DNA of 64,000 nucleotides. Source: Tubulanus polymorphus (Eukaryota; Animalia; Nemertea). The translations under genes were made by a program, and so were the position numbers. Where the stretch lies: assembly GCF_964204645.1 (NCBI RefSeq), contig NC_134027.1:10200485-10264484 (forward strand), read 5' to 3'. This document shows, in pieces, positions 25,147 through 39,000 of the stretch; the stretch's first letter is position 1; each line of letters begins with the position of its first letter. Below the pieces are notes generated by a model that worked only from the letters and a program-made list of their open reading frames with translations, searched no databases and was not told the DNA's origin.

Positions 25147-25414
25147 CAGGGTTCATAGCGAGTATCCTAAGTGCTAAAAGTGCTTACTTTTCATAAACTT
25201 TAGTATGGCCCTCGATAACTACTAAGTTTTCACAAAAAAATTTCAAAAAGTGCTTTTAAAGTGCTTTCTTTGACTTTTGGTGTCCCATATAATTTTTTTT
25301 TGGACAATCATACGTCATACCTATAGTAAATGACAAAAAAACTTTTACCTTACAAAAGTGCTTACTCTTACTTTCTTACTTACTTATGTCTCAGCCTTAC
25401 TTCTATGAACCCTG
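25147..25414. mobile_element. MITE with CAGGGTTCATAG termini just downstream of the dispanin stop codon
   Basis: CAGGGTTCATAG ... CTATGAACCCTG with internal AAGTGCTT repeats. Possibly related fragments at ~57610-57735 and ~61645-61760. Confidence 0.65.
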
Positions 25415-28049
25415 ATACATAATGCAGAAGGTCCAGGGTTTGTGGCGAGGTTGTGCTTATATTTCGGGTAAAATCCTGAGAGTGGTTTCAAGTACTTACT
25501 TTTTCGATTCAAAATCACAGAGAATTTCTGTTGTGATCTATAGTCTCTTCTCATGTGTTCAGGTTTGTTGGATTCAGGAAAAAGAATTTTAAAATGGAGT
25601 GCTTGCTTTTGCCTCAGATGGACTGTTACAAACCCTGAGAGACAGTACCTGTGGTTCCTTGATCAATTTAGCATGCTTTGTGTAGACAGTCATGCCCACT
25701 TATGTCAGTTTTTACTGTTGGTCATATCATGGACTCTAAAACCACTCCATGGTCATATTGAATATTGGCATGCTGTAAATGATACTCTCTACAGGTAGTC
25801 TCCTGCAATTTTCCAACTAAAATTTGGTTTCAAATGCGCATTTCTCTTGTGAATTTTAGATACATGCATTTTATATTTTAAATGAAAAAAAAAAGATCTG
25901 TTCAGGTTTTTTTTAAGAGAACAGGGTCATTATGTACTATGACAGTCGAACCAAGATAAGTCGTCGCATTTACTTTAAGTCGTCCCTATTTTTTAGTCCT
26001 ATTCCAATTCAATCATTTAGTGGTCTCGGCTAAAATGACTTATCGGTTAACCGATTTCGACTGTGGTTAACATTTTTATTTATCTCAAATCTAAGGTTAC
26101 AAAATAAGCGGACTATCAGCTATTTTCTAGTTACTGTTGTTCAGATAAGTATTACTATATTGTTATTGTTATGAAACTTTTTTTCTTTAGTGCATCAGAG
26201 CAAAACTTCGCTTACTGGTATGCTAATATCCCTATAAATCCCGGACACGCTAGCTGAATTGTGCCCGAATGATTCATTGACAAATGTTTTGTACTATTGC
26301 ACATGTACTAACTTGTTTTCCCTGAAACAACTAGGGGTAATTGAAAGATCGTCCGGTTATTGCGACTATGCCAAATGTCAATCCGCTGACTAGAGCGCTT
26401 GATATTCAGTCGAAAATAACTGCTGATAATTTGGCAACCAGAATTACAGGGAATGTCTTTCATGTTGTAAGTCGATATTGATTTCGATCAATACTTTCAG
26501 TCAGTTAAGTCCCAGATGCATGCATTTAGGTTAGGCACTTTATCATTATGAATTGTATAGATAAAGTTGGTAAAATACGTTGTCCCAGTTTTACTCATCT
26601 ATTGATGTGTTTTATTGATAGTTTCTGTTCCAGTGCGTGGCCTACTTCGATGGTAAATAATGATATTATATATGAATTATGATATGTTATCGAATGATTC
26701 CAACAAAGAAGTGTAAAATAATGAATAGATGATCTGCAATATTTAGGTAAATCTATTGTGATATAGAATCACTCTGGAGTTAAAAAATTGGAAATGAACT
26801 GATTTTAACTCGAGTTAACCCCAAGGGAGTCAACCCCAAGGCGCTACTTAGCGGGGGCAGTTGCCCCTCCGCCAGAAATTTTGGTTCGGTGCCTTTTTGC
26901 ATCTACTTTTGCCCTTTGGAAAATCTCGTGAAATATATTGTAATTCCAATAGAAATTCTATGTGCAATCCTTCACTCGAGACCGACAAGAATTTTGTTAT
27001 ACGTAGGCCTAACATAGTTTTTGTTAGGGCTATATGATGAATTGTTATATCGGTGTTGGGCTCTAGGTAACTGTTGTTTTTAGGGTTTGTCCCCAACGTT
27101 CAAGAGCTAGGTCGGAACTGTGGAACTGGAACCTGCTTTTGAAAGTGTTGGTGGGATGAGTATCCAAACAAGATGATTATACTGATAAGTTATTGGAAAT
27201 TGCACGATTCAAATATTTGTCAGTTTGATAACAAAAGTATCTCATTGTTATTCCTAGGTAAATTTAGGCGCATGTATTGTTATTCCTAGGTACCGGTATA
27301 TTTAGGCGTATGTTTTGAGTATTCTTCACAACTCATCCCTTCATGTTACAGAATCCCACTAACTATTCCGATTGAAAGTTGAATTTAATGTTTCCGCTTT
27401 CTTTTCACTGATATTCAGGCCGAGTGAAAAATGGAAAAAAAACACAGAGTACCTTCGATTAAATCAACGTACATATCAGCCAATAATGTTCTTGTGCTAC
27501 ACGATCCTTCGTTTATGTATTATTGGGACCTTGTAGTAATACTCAGATTGATTACTGAGTTGGAAGAAATCCTCTCCATGACACCTGTCATTGATATATA
27601 GAAGCAGACTTACGACCTTACCGTATTCAAATGATGTAATGTTTTTTTGAAAGATCCGTAGTGGATCTTAGTGTATATGTACATACTTCGTTTTTGAGAT
27701 GACTCACTTCGATTACACATAGAATTATTGAAAAATTTTAAAATTTATGAAAATTGTAATAAAAGTAGTCTAAATGTTACGTATAAATCAACTGTTTTGA
27801 TTTGTCATTTTTTGTTGAATCTGAATCCATCTTAACCAATAATGAATCTTCGATTCTCATTCATGGGTCATGGTTAACTGATGCACAGCTGCCAGACATA
27901 CTGGTAACAGGATGGTATTTTGGTTTGGTCACGCATCGGATGAAGAAACGGGAATCCAAACCACCATCCATCAACGTAAAAAAAAATACAAACTCAAATT
28001 CATTCAAAATGAAATAAATTACTAACATTTATTTTAGAATTTGAGGTAG

Positions 28050-28795
28050 AACAAGCTATAGGCGACAACAGTTCTCGGGCTCTGAAATTACCATGCATTA
28101 GTTCCCATTGAATTTTGGATATGTTTTATCTAGGACCAATAGCTAAATTTCGTTGACAACTTTCGACCCCGTTCCTCTGGGTTCATCTTCAAGGTATAAT
28201 GTCTGTGAAAAACAGTTTTTAGTGCTAACGTTAGGTGGTGCACTTATAGACCCCCATACTAACACTACCCAAGCTTCTACATCTACCCGAGAAGAAACTA
28301 CAATAAACTATCGGACTATTCACACGTAGAAAACGACCAAAAAAATATAAAAATTATCTTCAACCTTATAATATAGCTATTTCCAAAATCTCGATGTATT
28401 GAATAAGGCAGCCAAGAAAATTCACCACAATCAGTCGCTTGCCAGTTCAGACTGAATGGAACCGAATTTCCAATTATGTATTTCGATTTGAACAACAACA
28501 AAAAAATTCTACACAACTATACACGACCACACAACTATATCTGTACTTCGATTTCCAATTTCGAAATCAAACCCCTTGTTTCGCCCCCGGCAGGTAGGGT
28601 GGATCTGTGAGGGACACTCAATCCAAAAATCAAACGAAATTTACCAGCCAAATAAATAAATAACGGGAACAATCCCTATTTTAAGATCAAACACTACCCA
28701 AGTTTCATCAAGATCGACCCCACTATAAACGAGGATAAGTAGCTCTGAAAGACAGACACTGAATTAGTATCTCAGGGAAGCCCGATAACCAATAA
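28050..28795 (+). repeat. Interspersed repeat beginning AACAAGC(T/C)ATAGG (non-autonomous Helitron/HINE-like)
   Basis: Homologous to 44324-44750 and 51232-51575 (GACAACAGTTCTCGGGC, TTAGTTCCCATTG, GGTCATCTTCAAGGT, TAGGTGGTGCACT, AGTTTCATCAAGATC, AGACAGAC). The class assignment is inference. Confidence 0.65.
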
Positions 28796-28892
28796 CGTTC
28801 CAGAAAAATGTAGCATTTGACTTTGTACTCAAGCAATTGACATTTGATAACTTTGTTTATTTATTGTTAAACATTCAAGATTTCATTCCGAT

Positions 28893-30350
28893 TTACACAT
28901 TCGATTCGTAGGTAATGCATTGCGTCAGTTTAATCGATAACCAGTTTTTTTGCACGATAAATTTGACCAGGTCTTCATCTGAAATCATATCGAATGCTAG
29001 AATGTTTAAACGACTAGATTTCCGACTCCGTTTCTCAAACCATGCTGGAAACGCCTCGTTGATACTGACCGGTGGTTTTTTACCCGTGCAAGCCGCTAGT
29101 GTAGACCTGCTCACCGCATTTCGTTTTGAAATCCATCGTGTGCAATGAAATACGTCCATCGATCTCTTCCCGACTTTGAACGCGGACATCTTTTTCAAAT
29201 TATCCACCGTTCGAAGATCGGAAATTTCTAAATTGTTACCGCTGAAGCAATCCCATCGATAACTGGCAACTTTTTCGTCGTGATAAATAATCATTACTTG
29301 TTTTTCGTTGAGCCACAGGTCTTTCAGGTTCAGCTCATCGCTGGGACACATGTGTTGCAGTTTCGTCCCGAAGATTTTCGTCATACAATTGATAAGTCGT
29401 TCGTGGTGATCTTCGAATAAGTTGTGAAATGCCGTCACATCGAGGATAACTACCTCTTTCGGGTGCACATCCAAGAAATCGTTGATGCTTTGGAATGTTT
29501 CGGACACGGTAAAATCGTGCTTGCAGTTCATCAACACCAAACCCTTAGATTCGGTATACTCGACTCGGATATCGAAATAACGAATTCCCATTGCGAGTTG
29601 TTGGTTGAAATTTAAAGTTTGTGTCGGTTGTCCAGACGAATAGTGTTGTTTCGTTGGTTGTCGTCTGCCGAGATAACAAGTGACAGCTTCATCGATGGCT
29701 TCGATTGACGTATCTCGGAAATTGGCAGAATTGTGTGAACCTATAAAGCCATATATGTATTCATATTTGTTTCTGCAAAAAGTTTATTCTATCTTATTCT
29801 ATGAAAAATATGAATTTTTTTGAGTGGAGTGCTTATTGAGAAGACACTCTAAGGTACTGGTGTCAATTGACTGACTTTTATTTCAAAATCCTAATTTTCA
29901 AAACATGACCACTGTAGTCACACAAGTTTTATACGTATACCATTTGATAGTTGGCCTTAACCCGGTCAAATGAATGGTTGTCATAGACCTTGAATGTTAC
30001 AACTAGTGCAAAAGACAACACTATTTTCTTTATCTACGTGTTTGGCATATACATACAACTAAAAACATGTTTCTAATATAATACAAGCCAAATGTTCTAT
30101 TTCGAAAAGAAATAGGCAATCAAGAAGCATATACCTTACGCCGGCACCATGCCATGATAATTAAAAGTTTCTGATTGATCAACTGATTAGAGTATCAGAT
30201 GACGTACCAATCAATGGAGAAGTGTAGTAAATGGCTCTATATACCTGGAATAAGCAATTGAGTTAGTTGCAACTCTTGTAACTGCGAAGGAAGATACTCC
30301 ATCCAGTTCGCTAGATTTCTGGCTGAATAGGTCAGAAGTTCTCGCGCCAT
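28893..30350 (-). CDS. PI-PLC X domain-containing protein (PLCXD-like), 2 exons, ~317 aa
   Basis: Exon 30350-30245 (MARELL...NWMEYLP...LTQLLIPG) splices to 29740-28893 (SHNS...TQTLNFNQQLAMGIRYFDIRV...FLDVHPKEVVILD...LNILAFD), matching PLCXD family motifs. Confidence 0.88.
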
Positions 30351-31736
30351 CTTTAGTCGAAGTCAATTCGCTATCGATTTAAACACTCCGGTTTCGAATC
30401 AACCATATATACGTGTTATTCCGTGTGAATAGGCGTACCGTGATTAGATAATGAAGACAGGTTTGTATAATCTAGAAATAATATAGTTGTATGTATTTGG
30501 TTTATCGAAAAAATAATCTAGGTTAGTAATAAAATGGATATTAACTGAACAATGTTCATGTGAGACTAAAAAGATGATACCTTGTTTCGCGTGATTTTGC
30601 CGGGCGATTTTGTAAATCGCAAAAAAATTTGTTATCAGTTAATTTATATAGCTGCCGGGTCTGTTATTGTAAGCTTGATCAATAAAATAAGTACAGGGTT
30701 GGTAAGCGGCGGCCGGGTCAACTTTTAAGCTCAACAGAAAGGAGAAACAAGTTTAATTTTTTCAGCCTTATAAATCTTCGTTATAGAGACTCGCGTATAA
30801 ATGGAAATGAACGTTAAGTTTACGCAAATAAGTTTTTATGGAAAAAGTACAACCTTTGTGGTGCGATAATTTTCACAGTTGAATTTGAAGTTCTAATTTT
30901 GGAATAAATAAATGAACCATACGTAAATTTGACTCGCCCAAATTTGCATATATGTGAGTCCATGATGAGAAAGATGGCGTGGCTACAATGCGATTCAGTA
31001 TAAGGCTTATGAATTAGAAAACAGTTAGTATAGGGTGAGTCCCAAATTTAAGAATTGCCAAGATCCAGCAAACAAGTCGACATATATATTCACTGGCCAT
31101 TCTAACGATGTATAACTTTAATTTTTGTTTAAGGAAATGTCAAAGAAATGGTTTTCTCAAAATGCAACCGACGAACTTTCCCAAAGATACATAGAATTTT
31201 CATTTGGATGGATTGAATAGAGGAGCGGATTTTCATTAAGACTGGGCTAAAAAGCAAAAGGCATTAAGATTTTTTCCTGCTCAGCATTGATAAATACTTT
31301 TTTGCAGATAAAGCACGTACCGTGGGTATCTACTTCGCAATCAGAATCAAAAAATTTAAATCTTTTCTTTGAAATGCACGGATTTATTGACGTACCATTA
31401 TCATATAAAACATCTGGTAAACTGTAAACTACTATTTGTATACATACACGTTCTATCAAACAAGCAGATCAGTGATTTAGCAAAGTGCAACAGGTAATAG
31501 AAGACCACGTGACAGATTTTTAAGCGATTTTCTGCAGCACTTCGTAGAGCTGATTAGTTGACGAAATGCTATAAAATCCAGTAATGAGTTTAAAATCCAC
31601 TAGAATTTAAGAGATTAAAAACATTATGTTAAAAATTGAAAATTATATTTATCAAGAATTAAAATCAAAATACAAGACGTTTCCAACTCACACACTAGCG
31701 ATCATCGCGTTTTTAATCTCTCATATTCTGTATATA

Positions 31737-31908
31737 CAGTGGAACCTCGTTACAACGAACTCGGCTACAACGATTCATCGGTTATAACAAATATAGAATT
31801 TCGTCCTTAGTAAGACAATTTGACTAATTTCATACTGGATATAACAAACTATCGGTTATAACGTACATCATCTGGTCCCATGAAATTCCCTATAACGAGG
31901 TTCCACTG
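31737..31908. mobile_element. Tigger/pogo-like MITE
   Basis: TA-CAGTGGAACCTCGTTACAAC ... TATAACGAGGTTCCACTG with internal GTTATAAC motifs. Confidence 0.8.
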
Positions 31909-32552
31909 GGTTTTAAATCTATTATCTGTTCTCCACGTCAGAGTGCGGATATTCTACCATCATAAGCAATTTCAAATCAGTAAATCTCCAACAACACGAT
32001 GAGATACACATTATCTGACATTATATACACTATAGTATCATATTGCGGTTATAATTGGTAACGGTATATACATTATATACACAATGGTAATTGTTGTAAA
32101 AGAAATAATTGAATTTTCGTCAACAAATAACAAATTTAAATGCATACTTTTACTGTTTCTTCGTGTATATGATTTATGTAATATACATATCAGGAAGATC
32201 ACTCTAAGGAATCTATCTACACAGATGTGTATTTCTTTCATTTGACTTATTAGTTTCGGGGTGCACGGTTTTGATGGTATATACAAATTAGAATAGTCAA
32301 ACTGTACAACTTTTTTAAACAATCAGCAACTGATGCGATTCTATTTCAAATTTCGGTATAATTCCCGTGAAACTATTCACTACAGGTTCAGCAACGGACT
32401 TGACTAGAATGTGTACATTATTTTGAAGACATTGTTTTTTGTTTATAATGTGAGAGTTATTAGTCGATAAAACACTCTAATACGTGTAAACTGTAGATAA
32501 TTGAAGAAGTCCCACAATTCGAATTTTAAACGATAGAATTTATCAAAATGAA

Positions 32553-32596
32553 ACCACAACGTTTCGGCTTTTGACTAACAGCCATCATCAGATGGA
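32553..32596 (-). ncRNA. Minimal type I hammerhead ribozyme motif (Penelope-like element type)
   Basis: Minus strand CCAT-CTGATGA-T-GGCT-gttagtcaaa-AGCC-GAAACGTT-GTGG: intact core, stems I and II, palindromic ACGT stem III, GUU triplet. Confidence 0.65.
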
Positions 32597-32750
32597 ATTC
32601 AAGCTAATGATTGCTGATAGTCAACAGCCGAGGTCTCAATTTGATAAATTCTTTCGTTAAAAATTCGAATTGTGGTACTTCTCCGAGTGTTATCTCAACA
32701 GTTCTCTATTCTAATCGATTCATCGAATTTTCAACGACTGCTGATTCTGT

Positions 32751-35700
32751 CTAAACATCAACGGGTTGCGTTTTACCGATCGGTTCCGTAACTGTGCTAC
32801 GGTCTTCGCTGTTATTCGTTGACTGAACATTGGTATTTTCCACAGCTAGAAAGTCATCCATGAAATTGTAGCACGGAAATTCGCAACAAAGACAGCATCT
32901 CAAAGTTCGTGGGATGTATCTGTAGATAATTGGTGGAATCGGTACCAAAGGACTTGTGTTCATCTTGTAATGCACGTAATTGCTCAATCTAAGAAATAAT
33001 TTAAATGAAATATATACTTTCTTATAGAGTAAAAAATGCACGCGTATTTCTCATATGCGTCATACTGGCCGTCATAAATACTGGCAGTCAGCGGCAGCAT
33101 TTCGCTTGTGTTTGAAAGCCAGACGTGTTGTGACGTCATGGGAATGAACGTCGGCAATCGCGTTTATATACGCAATCGTGTCCCTACAGTGCCACGATTA
33201 TATTGGCCTGACCATGGACTCTAAAACGAATTTTAAATCTAAAACGTTTTAGGGTCCAGGGCCTGACTAATGACAAAACTGCTTTTCCAAAATACAAAAC
33301 TATTTAATCATACCAGGGGTGGTCCAAGGAGGGGTGTTTAGGGGGTGTCGACTCCCCTTCTCCGTGTCGAAAATTTGATATCAATAATATCAATGATGAA
33401 ACTAATCACAATTATAATCTTTATCGATTGCTGTTTCGGCGTCTGCCAGAAATTACTGTAGATAATGCACACATTTTTATGAATGCATTTTTTCATTGAA
33501 ATTGGAAAACACTTCGCTTCACCCCCCTGCGTTCAGATTTCTGGATCCACCCCTGATACTCAATACTGAATGTAATAACGTAAAACAGTACGAACTTAAA
33601 ACGTAGATATCACAAATTGTTTGAAACCTACTTGCAATATCTTTCATCCGCCTTTTTCTCCATTATCGGAATTCCGGATAAGAATAGTAATATCAAAGTT
33701 GTGAAGACCGGGCTCGCTATCGACACCCACTGGCTGTAGCGCAAAACATTTACACTGATCAAGAAGACGCCCCACCAAACTAACATCTCTCCGAAATAGT
33801 TTGGATGCCGCGACCAACTCCACAAACCTATATATAGAAAGAAAATCATAGAAAAAATTGAAAAAGATTTGCAACAACGCATTTAGATAAATAATAATAA
33901 ATTTATTTCCACAATAAAATCGAAAGGCTAGAATATCTATCACTTATATATCATGATTTTTTTCTGGGGCTGTCACCAAGAAACAAAAACAAACACGATT
34001 TTGGCAATATCCGTATGCCACGTATGTATTACCAAAACTCCTAAATTTATACACACATAGGTAAAATCAGTCGATAATTCTTTTCCAGAAAAAAAACTAC
34101 TAGATTGATGTTTGAACAGGCAATATGTATATATGTGTTATTTGATGAAGCATACGCAGATAAGCCTAATCGATAACCAACCTTTATCAATCATCGATAT
34201 TTACATTTTTATCTCAGATCAGTCATTAACTCTATCGGAATAAAACGCGGCTACGAAGGTGGAAGTAGAAGCAAAAATAATCTCTACTGTAATCTTACTA
34301 TACAAAGAACTGCTAAACTAACCATAATCACACCATATCCCAGAGTTAGCCGGATTGTCTTTGAAATTGAACTTCTGCATGTCGGCAAAAATTTCGATCA
34401 ACACTCCAGCTACGTAGAGACATATTCCGATGACATCGAATGAAGACAGGTTTGGATGAACGGCAGCGCTGCGTGGCGCATTAATGAATATCACTGGTAG
34501 GCTAACGATGAACAACCATATTCCCTGGAAAACAAACACATCCACAAAATGCAACCAAACTCTTAGGGGAAAAATCGATGGTTATACTATTTTACGTTCT
34601 GAAAAAGAGAGCTTCAAAGTAACATTCAATTGTATGCTTAAAACTACGGGTATATTATGATAATAATGATGCGAAATCTATTCAAGGTCACTGCCACACG
34701 GTAGATCCAGTTGCACAGCTCTGAGTTAGGATTTGACTCAGAGTTAACTCATTGAAAACGAATTGATTTTAACTAAGAGTTTACTCTAACTCACAACTGT
34801 GGAACTGAGCCCCTCACCTTCCCGCTGATCGACCATCTGTTACCTTACACAGTATTTGTCGTTTTTAATCGTTTTCCCACAAAAACTAAAGTTTTAACCC
34901 AGCAAACCGTTTAAATCCGTAAAAAGTTTTAAATCCGTAGTGAACCAAAGCATATTCATCACTGATACGAGGGGTCTGGATTCTGTATGCAGGCGTGGGG
35001 AATGTAATATCTATAACTCACCTGAAACGTCCAATATGAGGCAAATTTACGGCTACTGTTACGGAAAGTCTCGTCGAAGCGTTTATCCTCACCGATATTG
35101 ATATTTCGATATAAAAGGTAGGACGACAGTCGTAAACCCCAGAAACATACGAACGATGTGATCAACACTTGGCGTTTAGTGTACGTCTGTCAAAAACGAG
35201 AAGAAGGAAAATGCGATGTAATGACGAGAACGATAAACCTATGAAATAAACGAATGAAAAATTAATTACTACATCCTAACCTATAACAGGTCTTTTAAAC
35301 CATTGACATTCTTACAGAAAATTGGCCTGAAGTTGTTATTTACGTTATTAAGTATCTGTTTCTAGAACATGTACCATAAGAACAAAACATAAATTTTCTT
35401 TTCGGTAGAAGCTAAATTGTATTTCCATGCATTTTCTGATCGCAGACGACAGAAGACCTAGCCTTGAGAGAACTGAGCAGTTGCCATAGAAACATACATA
35501 TAAAAAAGGTTGTGTGTCGGATATCTGACGAATCATCGAAATTTGGAGAAATCTTACCAAGACCCAAACCCTTTCACGTGTTAAATCCGACAAAAAAAAT
35601 TCCGAAAAAAGTAACAACGCTCTCGATTTTTTAGTGACAAGAGCGTACCTAGGTTGGTAAATACTATCGTACACCCGGTTGAAAGATATGTGATCATTTT

Positions 35701-36070
35701 TTTAACCTTACTTTACGTACATATCATCAGGCATTCATCAAATAGATGTAAACATAGGCCTTTTCTAACTCTTAATTTTCTTACTTTTCACTCACAAGAT
35801 GAGGAATTTGAAATTATAGGCCATTAGTAAACGCTGAAGGATACTGAGGTTGCCTCAATACTCGTCAGTCTTCATACCCGGTATAAAAGAAACAGAAAGT
35901 ACCCCGGCTAGTAGAAATGTTAGAATCGCCACTACGATAAAGTTCGCACCACCAGCAAAATCGGTCACTTTGTTGAAACGGAAGCAGTATGTGATGAGGA
36001 AGAAGACGAATTGCATCGCCACTATAACTATCGCGCATATTGCTAGATTGTTTTCGTCAAACAGTTCCAT
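32751..36070 (-). CDS. DUF1295 / steroid 5-alpha-reductase C-terminal-like multi-pass membrane protein, 5 coding exons, ~322 aa
   Basis: Exons 36070-35903, 35186-35022, 34524-34323, 33827-33632, 32988-32751 are phase-consistent. Motifs: [78 protein letters not shown]. Confidence 0.9.
33314..33555. mobile_element. MITE with CAGGGGTGG(A)TCCA termini
   Basis: CAGGGGTGGTCCAAG ... CTGGATCCACCCCTG inverted ends. Confidence 0.6.
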
Positions 36071-39000
36071 GATGGCCTATTTGTGCAGCCGATCTGAAAA
36101 TATAGATAGATTACTTAAAGTGCATTGTAATTACATGTATGTACATGAATTTGTCCTCTCCAGTCTCACTACAGATACATAGACCCGTTTATGAAATTGC
36201 ATTCAAATACTTTTTTTGACGTTTCAAATCTCTATTCTGTTATAATGATAACTTAGAAAATATATGACAACTCTAAACCGAGCGAATCGAACATTTATCA
36301 AAATTCAATTGAGAAATGAAATATATATCTACTAGAAATGAAATCTTTCAAAAGCTCGGTATATCAACACTTAAAATGAACTCTTCTTGACACGCTCGTG
36401 CGAAAGGAATTTAAAGACTCACAGAACTTACGTACATGAATCCAAGTAGACATTTTATATATTAACATATATACAGTATATATATATTAATTCCCTATGC
36501 ATGGATAGATTTTTTCGTAGTGCTTTTAGTTTTAGTGACACCTGCTTTTGTAACCAGAGATTGTGTGTGTGTGCCCATAGCGCATTCAAGTGTATATGGA
36601 GTGTTTATTTCCATTTCTGAAATAAACTTCCATATTTCAGTAAACGAGAATCATTTACGTATGAAGCCTGTTCTCTATACACACATCAATGGAACTGGGG
36701 ATTCAAAAAAAGAAATTCTCTTCCGTCGACCTGGACGACATGATAAATTCATAGATTATTCAAACATTTTGTATCACCTTTTCAATATAGCAAAATGATA
36801 TATAAGTTCAATAAGCGAAATAATTTTCGTTAGATAGGAAGTTTTGAATGATGTGCATATGAATCGATCAAAATAAGAGTAATAATGGAAATAAGAGAAA
36901 TATTCTGACGGTTAGGATAAGTATATTAATGGAAAAAATCGTTTTCTGCAGAATGAGAAATTATTTGAAAAACACAGCTGAACAAATATATTGGGGATGC
37001 CACATGTCCACCGCAGTAAGCATATACTCATCCTTATCATCACAAAATAACGGATTATGATCTAATTAAAACTCCTAGGCTGTGATTATAGTTCAGAGAT
37101 ACAAGTAATAAATTTAGTTGATAAATTTCTAAATCAAATCCGCCAGCCAGCCATATTACCAGGCGAACATAACGGTTGTCTAGGCAACTGCATCGTAAGA
37201 AATTTGCGCTCTCTTCGATGCAGGATACAGTCATACCGGAGCAAGACAGCATCAATTTCCATTTGTAATTAACCCTACAAATAAGGACTGTACGCAACAG
37301 ACAATTCAAAGTTACAATGCACGGTTGTACAAGGGAGCACATTTTCAGGGTGTCAACACTTGAATCTAAGACCCCTATGTATAGAGAATCCCACAGTAAT
37401 ATCGAAAAACTAATATTAGGTCCAAAAAATGTGTCCTTGAGCTAGTAGTTTATTATCTTCCGGTTTTTGTGTATTTGCGCGTATAGATGTTTTTCTAACG
37501 CAATAAATGGCGTATGAATTCATTGACATTTGTTCATTATATTAATCAGGAAAGTGTGTTGGGGAGGATGCAATCGAGATATGTAATTCAGAGACCCTCT
37601 TATGCAAGAAAATATTCGTTGAAACAGCGTTTGATAAAATATAACAGTTGCTCCGCGCCAGAACGTTCGCGAATCCCCGTGTATTGATGCTTGGGATAAA
37701 TAAGTAAGAGATAAATCATTCATCGATATAACCAATAACGACTTGATGAATTGGCCAGTTCCGATGAACGTTGCGCCAGCTGTAATTAAACCAACTATTA
37801 CGTAGATACGTGTAGCTCATCTATACACCACCGCTGTGATGGAGACGTAAGACAAGGAAATCATTAGAGTATCTCATTTTTATAAACAAGCCAGGAGGAC
37901 GGAGGGAATCGATCGTTTGTCAGAAATGATATTTTCTTAAGGTTCTTGCGATAAAAAGTTGGTTTCAGTACGATATTTAGAATATGATAGATTCGGCGCT
38001 CAAAGCGTGTATACTGGTTGCAGGTCTAATTTTGAAGAACTTGCCACATCCCAAAAGGGCACTTTGACGTACAAAAAGGCAATATGAGGTCACTCTGCGC
38101 TGAAATGCACAAATTTTTTTTATGTTAACGAAATGAAAAGAGCACCCAAAAATTCTAAGGACTTGTTCAAGAAAGTTTCCGATAAGACAGGACCCGCCCC
38201 TGCAATCCAAAGACAGTGGCGCATTGAAATGATAAAATGATTACGTCCAATGACGATATTTTTCAGGGGACATTAAAATAAACATTACAACAACATGACA
38301 TATAGCACAGCATAACTGCAAATGCGTATCACCATAATTTTAACTCTCGTGTGGTAGACGCAGATGACGTGCAATCAAATCAGTCTATGCATGAACGAGT
38401 AATCCATCAATCTTCGTATGGATGCTACGACCAGCATATCCTCCCTATATGATGCCGTGCAATATCGCTCCAGAACAATCAACGGTTTCAACATTGTGGA
38501 TGATTTACAGAAATCATGGACGTATTAAACTAACCTGAGCAAAATCGTTTAAGGCTTGAGTTATAAAGTGAAAAGCAGACTAATTTTTCCCTATCCAGGA
38601 CTCGATTAGTTCTGATAATTTAGCGATTCTAACTCCCGAGTTTAAACTCACAACTGTAGAAAAACCGGGGGCTCAGAGATACGTAGATATTTTTACAATT
38701 CAAGTAAAAAACTATACGAAGCTATATAAATAGCCGTTCAAGGATACGTTTTACGCTAAAACCCTTAAAGAAACATTAAGTTCTACTGGAAAGGACAAAG
38801 TACTATATGAAAACATTTAATGTGGTTCTACTGACTGAACCAGTGTGAAGCATTATAAGTTACCTGATATTATCATTCGATGTCCACTTTTCATACGATG
38901 TATTCCGAATATAAAATTTTATTCAATCCCATCCCTGTCTCGAATTGTGAAAATGCTTATGAATTGTTACATATCTATATCGCCTCTCATATCAATCACT

